From positions 114,485-178,484 of the forward strand of contig MCFE01000083.1 of the NCBI GenBank assembly GCA_002104905.1: DNA of 64,000 nucleotides, given 5' to 3'. Positions 51,381 to 60,933 of the stretch are shown here, one piece after another (positions within the stretch are counted from its first letter, which is position 1; each line of letters opens with the position of its first letter). The notes under the pieces are model-generated. The model did not search any database and had not been told where the DNA came from. It saw nothing but the letters and a program-made list of their open reading frames with translations. The DNA comes from Basidiobolus meristosporus CBS 931.73. Taxonomy: Eukaryota > Fungi > Basidiobolomycota. Made by a program: the position numbers and the translations under genes.

Positions 51381-51399
51381 TTAGGGTTAGGGTTTAGGG
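51381..51399 (+). repeat. Interstitial telomeric seed TTAGGG TTAGGG TTTAGGG at the proximal edge of the retroelement array
   Basis: Seen directly. Confidence 0.92.
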
Positions 51400-52930
51400 G
51401 AGGAAAAGTCACCAAGTTGGTGAAATCTTTATTTGAGTTAAGAACTGTTCTAAGTACAAATAAAGAAGCCAATTAAGAGGTCTAGAACCTCTCTAATAAG
51501 TAGTCTAATTTATGTTTTGTTTCATCTCTAATGTTTGTTTCAATAAAGTAAAGCTCATCAGGGGTAAATATAAAATTCAAGGGTTTTGGGGGAAGTACAA
51601 ATTGTAGATGTTTCTGATCAATATAATCCAAGACTGGAACCCAGCCTGGGATTAGGTGTAGTAGGAAAGGTGTGTGGACTTGTGAGTAGCACTGCCACAT
51701 AGATCTAAGATGGTCCTGAGCCAGTAGTCTTGGTTTCTCAGCTTTTTGAAGTTTTGAAGCAAGCTCTGTTACTACAGCAGAGCCAACCAGGGTGTGCCAG
51801 CAAGAAGATTTCAGGGAGGAGTTAGATTGAAGCCATTGTTTGATGGAGGGGCTATGTGATTTCTGAAGTTTGACTAGGAAGGAAGCACAGAGATAGACCA
51901 TTTGGATTTGGTATGGGTAGAACCCAAAGGCTCCATTAGTTGCATGGATATAGGGAGATACTGGAAGATAAGGTACCAAGGATCTGATACACTGATGGAG
52001 AAATTTATCCAGGTGGTGAAGTTCTCTGGAGGTTAGGGGTATAATGTGGAGACCAAATTCAAGTACCAGCAGTACATACTGCTTCTGGAGTATAGGGATC
52101 TTTTGAATTGGAGTGTCTGGAGTGACTACTACCAGAAGCTTTTTAAGAGCTGGTTGGGCAAGATGGATCCTATACTCAGGTGGAGCTTTGAGTCAATTAC
52201 ATGTTGACAAAATGGTAGACCTAGATATAGTGCTGTTTGTTGAGGCAGAATGCTAGTGTTCTGTATAGTTGTAGTGCACCCAATTGGGACTGTCTTGGAA
52301 ATTGAGAGTGAGAGGCTGTTGGCAGCCAAGTACTTCTCAATGATGGCAGTGTCTGTTGTGAGATTAGGAGGAGCAATCTTGATATCATCCACATAGAGAG
52401 TTAGTAGTGGATAGGGAGAGTCTGGTGAGGGGCCTTTTGGAAATAAAGGAAAGTTGTGTAGAAATATCACAAATAGTCAGGACCTAGTACAGATCCTTAG
52501 ACTACTCCATTTGGAACCTCATAAGTCTCTGATGTGCAACTTGGATGCAAAATTTTGGCTGAGTTCTCACAAAATAGAGAACGTACAAGAAGGGTCATTG
52601 GTAGTGTGGTAACTGCTAATAGCTTTCTCCATAGCAGAGCTCTGTCAACAGAGTCAAAGGCTTTAGTAATGTCAAACAGAATGGCTGGCAATGAGAATTG
52701 AAGTGAACAATCATGGCTTAGCACTACAGCCATATCCAAGGAGAGTTTGGGCAAGAAGCCAAACTGAGAAGGATGGAATGGATATAGTTGAGATTGCAAG
52801 GATCTTGCTATTATAAGCTCAAAGATTTTCTGGCAGGTTGCTAGCAGTGAAACTGGCCGGTAAGAACCTGGGAGTGAGTGTTTCCCCTTCCCTTTGTATA
52901 AGGGGATTACATTTTCCTGTGACCAGGCCT
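51400..52930 (-). mobile_element. Telomeric non-LTR element, family B, copy 1 (5'-truncated, degenerate)
   Basis: RT fragments (QFGFLPKL, FDITKAFDSVDR, LYVDDIK) with stops and frameshifts; shared 3' terminus. Confidence 0.9.
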
Positions 52931-52935
52931 TAGGG

Positions 52936-53478
52936 GGGAGACAGTCACCAACAGGTGTAATCTTAATTTCAGTTGAAGCAAAGAAGCCAGTGCTACAGTT
53001 GTAGCTCTGATATAAGAGTGTGTAGCGGAGGGGAACTTGTAGGTAAGTTTACAAGAAGTGATGATGGTTCTTCAGTGCTCAAGACACTGTTCAGGGAGAA
53101 CAGGGGTAGCAAGAGGGGTAAGAATGATTTGTGAACATCATTAATGAGGGGAATATGATAAGGATTGATATTCATCATAAAGGGAGTGTGCTGCTTCAGA
53201 TATTGCTGCCAAAGGTCTGTCAAGCACTTAAGGTAGGCCAGCTTGGGTTTTTCTGACTGCAGAATATAGTGAGCAAACTTCTTGACTTCAGGATCTCCAA
53301 GTATAGTTCTCCAGCAGGAGCCAGGTTTAGTGTGGTGTGTTTTCTTCCAGGCCTTAATCAGTGGGTTGTTGCAGAGGTGAAGTCTGAGATATTATCTGGT
53401 TCTAAGGTAGAGTAGTCTGATCTTGTAGGGCATAAACCCAAAAGCACCAAGAATAGCATGTCTGTAGGGGCATTCAGG
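52936..53478 (-). mobile_element. Telomeric non-LTR element, family A, copy 1 (3' about 540 bp only)
   Basis: Matches the 3' end of A4 with extra substitutions. Confidence 0.9.
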
Positions 53479-53491
53479 GTTAGGGTTAGGG

Positions 53492-54430
53492 GGGGATACA
53501 GTCACCAACTGGTGAAATCTTTATTTCTGTTGAAACAAAGAAGCCAGCGCTACTGTTGTAGCTTTGATACAAGAGTGTGTAGCTGAGGGGAATTTGTAGG
53601 TAAGTTAATAAGAAGTGATGATAGTTCTTCAGTGCTCAAGACACTGTTCAGTGGGAAGGGGGGGAGCAAGAGAGGTAAGAATGACTTGTGAACAACATTA
53701 ATGAGGGGAATGTGATAAGGATTGACATTCATCATAAAGGGAGTGTGCTGCTGCAGATATTGCTGCCAAAGGTCTGTCAAGTACTTCAGGTAGGCCAGCT
53801 TGGGTTTTTCTGACTGCAGAATATAGTGAGCAAACTTCTTGACTTCAGGATCTCCAAGTATAGTTCTCCAGCAGGAGCCAGGTGTTGTGTGTTGTGTTCT
53901 CTTCCAGGCCTTAATCAGTGGGTTGTTGCAGTTGTGAAGTCTGAGGTATAATCTGGTTCTAAGGTAGAGAAGTCTGATCTTATAGGGCATAAACCCAAAA
54001 GCACCAAGAATAGCATGTCTGTAGGGGCATTCAGGCAAATGAGGCACCAAGGAGGTAATGCACCATACTGCAAACTTGTCAAGCTTAGTGCAGTCTCTAG
54101 ATGTAAGAGAGAGAAGTGGTAAGCCAAATTCCAGGACAGGGAAGACAAACTGCTTGAGTAGAAGGAGGCAGCTGGGAGCTGAAGTTGCAGGAGAAGTAAC
54201 AGCCAGTAGCTTGTGGAGTGCCTGTCTTGCCAGGATAATTCTCTTCTTCAGGTGTGCTCCAGAGTCTAGTCCAGTAGGAAGGAAAGGAAAGCCAAGATAT
54301 GTAGCAGAAACCTGAGCAGGTAGAGTGGAGTTCTCCAAGTTGATAGGAGGGCCCAAAGGTACTGTCTTTGCAATGGAAAGCTGGAGATTATTCTTCTGCA
54401 GATACTGGTGGATGGTCTGGGAGTCTTGTT
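53492..54430 (-). mobile_element. Telomeric non-LTR element, family A, copy 2 (3' about 940 bp)
   Basis: ORF 53550-54356 matches the A4 C-terminus. Confidence 0.92.
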
Positions 54431-54434
54431 AGGG

Positions 54435-56690
54435 AGGGAAAGTCACCAAGTTGGTGAAATCTTTATTTGAGTTAAGAACTAATCTAAGTACAAATAAAGA
54501 AGCCAATTCAGAGGTCTAGAACCTCTCTAATAAGTAATCTAATTTATGTTTTGTTTCATCTCTAATGTTTGTTTCAATAAAGTAAAGCTCATCAGGGGTA
54601 AATATAAAATTCAGGGGTTTTGGGGGAGTACAAATTGTAGATGTTTCTGATCAATATAATCCAAGACTGGAACCCAGCCTGGGATTAGGTGCAGTAGGAA
54701 AGGTGTATGGACTTGTAAGTAGCTCTGCCACATAGATCTTAGATGGTCCTGAGCCAGTAGTCTTGGTTTCTCAGCTTTTTGAAGTTTTGAAGCAAGCTCT
54801 GTTACTACAGCAGAGCCAACCAGGGTGTGCCAGCAAGAAGATTTCAGGGAGGATTCAGATTGAAGCCATTGTTGGATGGAGGGGTTATGTGATTTCTGAA
54901 GTTTGACTAGGAAGGAAGCACGGAGATAGATCATTCGGATTTGGTATGGGTAGAACCCAAAGGCTCCATTTGTTGCATGGATATAGGGAGATACTGGAAG
55001 ATAAGGTACCAAGGATCTGATACACTGATGGAGAAATTTATCCAGGCGGTGAAGTTCTCCGGAGGTTAGGGGTATAATGTGGAGACCAAATTCAAGTACT
55101 GGCAGCACATACTGCTTCAGAAGTATAGGGATCTTTTGAATTGGAGTGTCTGGAGTGACTACTACCAGAAGCTTTTTGAGAGCCTGTTGGGCAAGACGGA
55201 TCCTATTATTCAGGTGGAGCTTGGAGTCAATCCCATGTTGACAAAACGGCAGACCTAGATATATTGCAGTTTGTTGTGGCAGAATGCTAGTGTTCTGTAT
55301 AGTTGTAGTGCATCCTATTGGGACTGTCTTGGAAATTGAGAGTGAGAGGTTGTTGGCAGCCAAGTACTTCTCAATGATGGCAGTGTCTGCTATGGGATTA
55401 GGAGTAGCAATCTTGATATCATCCGCATAGAGAGTTAGCAGTGGATAGGGAGAATCTGGTGAGGGGCCTTTTGGAAATAAAGGAAAGTCATGTAGGAATA
55501 TCACAAATAATAAGGGACCTAGTACAGATCCTTGGACTACTCCATTTGGAACCTCATAAGTCTCTGATGTACAACTTGGATGCAAAATTTTGGCTGAGTT
55601 CTCACAAAATAGAAAACGTACAAGAAGGGTCATTGGTAGTGTGGTAACTGCTAATAGCTTTCTCCAAAGCAGAGCTCTGTCCACAGAGTCAAAGGCTTTA
55701 GTAATGTCAAACAGAATGGTTGGCAATGAGAATTGAAGTGAATGATCATGGCTTAGCACTACAGCCATATACAAGGAGAGTTTGGGCAAGAAGCCAAACT
55801 GAGAAGGATGGAATGGATATAGTTGAGATTGCAAGGATTTTGCTATTATAAGCTCAAAGATTTTCCGGCAGGTTGGTAGGAGTGAAACTGGCCGGTAAGA
55901 ACCTGGGAGTGAGTGTTTCCCCTTCCCTTTGTATAAGGGTATTACATTTGCCTGTGACCAGGCCTTTGGGGTAGTCAATTGTTGGGCACAGATAGAGTAG
56001 AATGGGAGAAGTAAGTGACTCATTTTGGAGTAGCACACCCGGAGTAGATCGTAGGTAATCAAGTCATGTCCAGGTGCAGTATTTGCAGGAAGCTTCTTTA
56101 AAATTTTCTCCAGAAGCTTTGCTGAAACCAAAATTGGAGATGTTGTACTGCTAGATATGTCACCAGTATGGTAGAAAGGAGGAGTGGGATGCACGGTTGA
56201 ATCAAAGAATATAGGGGCCAGTTTGTCTGGTGATGGTATACTCCTTGCTTGGGGTCTCATGGCTTTGTATACTCTTGATATGGACCTTGTGGTGGCATTC
56301 ATATTTACTAAGGGCAAGGTATCCATGATATGAGCCCATAATCTAGTATGCTCAGTGATCTGTAGTGACTTGGAGTAGGAGATTGCGCTTTCCAGGAGGT
56401 TCTGTGTTTTTGGGTTAGGGAAACATAGGTAGCTGGAATTTAAGGCAGAAATGATGGATTTCCATTTAAGTTGGTTTGCAGATGGCTTTTGGTAGGACTT
56501 GGTGGGCAGGGCCAGACAGCCAGTGATTATGATGAAATGCTGGTAAAATAGCCATAATGCATTTACATCATCACAAATCCATGCAGGTAAGCTGGGAAAT
56601 GCATATTCTGTAAGCAAGGATAGGTAGTTGGCAAAGTCTGTGTCTGTGATACTGAAGCTTTGGCTGGCAGGATTGTAAATGGCTGAGAAG
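54435..56690 (-). mobile_element. Telomeric non-LTR element, family B, copy 2 (5'-truncated before RT; ORF 54611-56713)
   Basis: LINE-type RT motifs: APGHDLITY, WSQANVIPLYKGKG, SYRPVSLL, QFGF, FDITKAFDSV, GVVQGSVLGPLLF, YADDI, YLGLPF. Confidence 0.94.
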
Positions 56691-56696
56691 TTAGGG

Positions 56697-59600
56697 GGGG
56701 AGACAGTCACCAACAGGTGAAATCTTTATTTCAGTTGAAACAAAGAAGCCAGCGCTACTGTTGTAGCTTTGATACAAGAGTGTGTAGCTGAGGGGAATTT
56801 GTAGGTAAGTTAATAAGAAGTGATGATAGTTCTTCAGTGCTCAAGACACTGTTCAGTGGGAAGGGGGGTAGCAAGAGGGTAAGAATGATCTTGTGAACAA
56901 CATTAATGAGGGGAATGTGATAAGGATTGATATTCATCATAAAGGGAGTGTGCTGCTGCAGATATTGCTGCCAAAGGTCTGTCAAGTACTTCAGGTAGGC
57001 CAGCTTGGGTTTTTCTGACTGCAGAATATAGTGAGCAAACTTCTTGACTTCAGGATCTCCAAGTATAGTTCTCCAGCAGGAGCCAGGTGTTGTGTGGTGT
57101 GTTCTCTTCCAGGCCTTAATCAGTGGGTTGTTGCAGTTGTGAAGTCTGAGGTATAATCTGGTTCTAAGGTAGAGAAGTCTGATCTTATAGGGCATAAACC
57201 CAAAAGCACCAAGAATAGCATGTCTGTAGGGGCATTCAGGCAAATGAGGCACCAAGGAGGTAATGCACCATACTGCAAACTTGTCAAGCTTAGTGCAGTC
57301 TCTAGAAGTAAGAGAGAGAAGTGGTAAGCCAAATTCCAGGACAGGGAAGACAAACTGCTTGAGTAGAAGGAGGCAGCTGGGAGCTGAAGTTGTAGGAGGA
57401 GTAACAGCCAGTAGCTTGTGGAGTGCCTGTCTTGCCAGGATAATTCTCTTCTTCAGGTGTGCTCCAGAGTCTAGTCCAGTAGGAAGGAAAGGAAAGCCAA
57501 GATATGTAGCAGAAACCTGAGCAGGTAGAGTGGAGTTCTCCAAGTTGATGGGAGAGCCCAAAGGTACTGTCTTTGCAATGGAAAGCTGGAGATTATTCTT
57601 CTGCAGATACTGGTGGATGGTCTGGGAGTCTTGTTGCACATTGGAGGAGGATATTCTGATGTCATCAGCAAAGAGAGTAACCAGGCAGTCAGCTGAGAGT
57701 CTTGGGAAATCATTCAGGAAGATGGCAAACAGTATAGGACCAAGCACAGAGCCTTGAACCACTCCATTAGGAACTGAGAACACAGCTGATTGCTCACTTG
57801 GGTGCAGAATTCTTGCTTGTGGATCCAGAAACAGAGACCTGACAAGGAGGGTGAGAGAGGTACTGGAGAAGCATTGCAACTTGGACCAAAGCAGATTTCT
57901 GTCAACTGAATCAAAGGCCTTAGTAATATCAAACAGAACAGAGGGATACTTGCACTGGAGAGAGTGATCTTGGCTAAGTATGACTGCATATTCCAAGGAG
58001 AGGCCAGGAACAAAGCCAAACTGTGCAGGATGAAACTTGAGGGAGTCAGAGTAGAGCTCCTGAGCAAGCAGAAGCTCAAACACCTTTCTGCAGGTGGGCA
58101 GCAGAGATATTGGCCTGTAGGAGCTAGGATCCAGGTGCTTTCCTTTACCCTTGTACAGTGGCAGAACATTTGCAAAGGACCATTCCTCAGGAGTAGAAAG
58201 CTGGGCTGAGCATTGCTGAAACAGTGGAAGCAGAAGTGCAGACATGGCCTTGGTACTAGTCTTCAGAAGCTCATAAGGAGATTGTGTCCACACCTGGAGC
58301 AGTAGAGTTGGGAAGCCTCTTGAGCACATTATGGATTCTCCTTTGATCAAGTGCAAGTGGGATGGGCAGAGTCTTGAAGTCAGGATGAAAGCCAGGAGTT
58401 GAGTACTGCTTTGTAGAGAAGAAGATGTTAGCCAGCTGTTCTGTTGAAGGTAACTTCCTGGAAGAGGGCCTCATTGCCCTGTAGAGTCTTGATACTGTTC
58501 TTGTTATAGAGTTGGAAGATTGCAGAGGCAAGGAACTCATAATATGATCCCAGAGCTGAGTATGCAGAGTGTGGTGAATTGCCTTGGAGTGGTGTATTGC
58601 TGTCAGGAGGAGTTTCTCTGTTTTTGGGTTAGGGAAACTCAGGTAGCTTTGTTGCAGGGCTGAAACAATGGATTCCCATTTTCTTGAGGTAACAGCAGTA
58701 GTCTTGCATGGCAGTGAGAGGGAGGCAGACACCAGAATCAGATGCTTCACAAAGAGCCAGGCATAGTTGAGATCATCTGGCAGAGAAAGTAGCAAACTGG
58801 CAAGCTTCAAGTAGTTCCCAAAGTCTTTCTTCTGATTCTTGGTAGCTTTGTGGGTGAGCACAGTAAGTTTTGGCAGCTTCTTCTTCACAACTGGTTGCAT
58901 AGAAAGGGACCAGGCTGGGATGGTCAGAGGCTCTCAAGGATCCTAGCTCAGCTCCAGAGAATTGCTTAACTTCATTCACAAAGTAGAGGGCAGCAGCAGA
59001 AGGGCAGATCCAGTCAACACATCTTTTCTCAGATTGAGCACCTAGTGCTAGCAGGTGGCTTTCTCTCAGGAAGTTCAGTAGGAATGTAGACCTTGGCTTC
59101 ATTCTTGCAGTCAGAGTAGTCTTGTTCTCAGGATGGGGAATGTTGAGATCTCCAAGCAAGATAACAGGTGTTGATATAGATTGTTGGTATTGCTGAACCT
59201 TCTGGCATATAACTTGCACTTCTTGAAGGGAAGACTTGGAGGCAGATAGCAGAGCACCAGACTGATAGTTAGCAACTGGAGAGCAGCACAGTAAGGGGAG
59301 TAAAGAGGAACACAGAGCTGAGGAGTATTGATGGTAGAAGAGATGAAGCAGATAGAGGAGGTATTCTTTGTTCTAGGAGTAGAAAAGCAATATAGATTAG
59401 TCAAAAGTATAGAGGGTAGCTGGACATCAATCAAACACAGGAGGGAAAATCTTGAAAGAAGTCTCTCTAGAGTTGGTCTTGATGGCTGTATGCTGTTGCA
59501 GTTAAGCAACAGAACTTCAGGTAGTCAGGCAGAGGTTGTAGCTTCTTCAGAGGCAGCATTGATAATGTGACCTGCAGAGTCCCAGAGCTCTTCAAATGGT

Positions 59601-59992
59601 GCATCACTTAAGTCAGCAAGGAGGGAAATGGCATGATTCTTGAGGAAGTATGCCACATCATAGGAGGGGGCTTGTCTCTTGATGGCAGCAAAGAAAGACA
59701 GAATGGCAACATGGGCTGGAGGCTTGTTGAACAGTAGAGAGTCAGAGGATTCAGATTCTTCAGGCACTATCTTGAAGTCAGTTTTCAGCCAGTTAAGGTT
59801 CTTCTCCACAAAGGTAACAAATGGGTCAGCAATGTTTTGGTCTAGGATAACCTCCAGAATCTTCCCTTTTCTCCAGGCCAGGTTGACAATTCTTGAGAGC
59901 TGAATATTGCATGCCTTGAGTGCTTTCCTGATGTTGGAAATGGAGTCCAGGAACTTGCTTCAAGTACACCACAGTCCAGGTAGACTTAGGGT
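56697..59992 (-). mobile_element. Telomeric non-LTR element, family A, copy 3 (3' part of ORF1 + APE-RT ORF2, several 1-nt frameshifts)
   Basis: Near-identical to A4 and extends about 450 nt further 5' into ORF1. Indels relative to A4 at about 58276, 58920 and 59231. Confidence 0.94.
59525..59990 (-). CDS. ORF1 (gag-like position) of family A, 5'-truncated, one frameshift
   Basis: Manual translation TWTVVYLKQVP / ISNIRKALKACNIQLSRIVNLAWRKGKILEVILD...YFLKNHAIS...LWDSA...TTSA-TGA; homologous to the family C ORF. Confidence 0.7.
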
Positions 59993-60008
59993 AGACTTAG
60001 GGGTAGGG

Positions 60009-60927
60009 AGGAAAGTCACCAAAGTAGGTGAAATCTTTATTTGATTTCAGATAAGTCTAACTACAAATAAAGAAGCCAGCTGGGAATAGAAGATTCCCAA
60101 AGTAAACACTAAGTTGAATATGAATAAATCTAAGCTAAAGTTAAGGCAGTATCCCAGAGTACACTGGAGTTCAGGTTCATGGGGGAGTGAAGTAGATAAG
60201 CTTGAGAGATATAATAATCTTTGAGGAAGTGGGTAACAGCAGGTGAAGGGGAGTTTCTGATAAGTGAAGTGAATCTTGAGAGCAGAGATTCCTCTAATGA
60301 GAAGGTCTTGTAAACTGGAGAATCAGGAAACTCTTAAAGGCATGGTCAGTCAGTTCCCAGTAAAACTGGTCAGAGACATTTTGAGAGAACTCTTTAGCAA
60401 TACTTTTGTCAAGTACTACCTCCAGAGTGTGATTGTTGATAAATCTCATGTTAACAATCTTGGATAAATTGTAACCTTGTTGCTTGAGATACATCCTATG
60501 TTCAGATATAGGAATGAACTCCACATTGGCAAAGTAGCAGACAGCCCAGTCAGTAGCAGGAGGCAGATCAGAAGTAGAAGGAAACTTTCTTTTAGTCTTG
60601 GGAGGAGCAGCAGGATGTCTTGAGGAAGCAGGAACAGACTTTTTGACAGCTTCAGAGTAGGAAGAGTGAGCAGGAGCAGATAATTCTTGGGAGTCTTGTT
60701 GGCAGGAAGAGTTGGCACAGGGACAATTGATTCTTGCAGATCAGAGAAGGCAGAAAACAGCTTTTGAACTTGCTTCTTGAGTAGAGCATTTTCAGCTTCA
60801 ACAAGTGCAAGCCTTTCCTCCAGGAAAGAAATCTGAAGGGAATGGAGTGAAGGCATAAGAAATAAGAGGAAGAGGGTGAGATGAGGTGGGTGGGTGGGAA
60901 AATTAGCAGGGAGAAGAGAAGGGAGGG
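60009..60927 (-). mobile_element. Telomeric non-autonomous element, family C (ORF1 only, no RT)
   Basis: About 920 bp. ORF1-like coding region, short UTRs, and the same AATAAAGATTTCACC...GGTGACT 3' terminus as A and B. Confidence 0.8.
60130..60856 (-). CDS. ORF1-like protein of family C (about 240 aa across two frameshifts; N-terminal coiled coil)
   Basis: LEERLALVEAENALLKKQVQKL coiled coil, then DWAVCYFANVEFIPISEHRMYLKQQGYNLSKIVNMRFINNHTLEVVLD, then FTSLIRNSPSPAVTHFLKDYYIS...LWDTA. Confidence 0.68.
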
Positions 60928-60933
60928 TTAGGG

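Noticed and set aside
51175-51381. 68-aa minus-strand ORF ending at the telomeric seed
   Set aside because: CpG-poor and possibly a TE remnant, but no motif is recognisable.
54611-56713. Start MVTVSPPN of the 700-aa family B ORF as a real N-terminus
   Set aside because: Those codons come from the adjacent A3 3' end and the CCCTAA junction; B2 is 5'-truncated.
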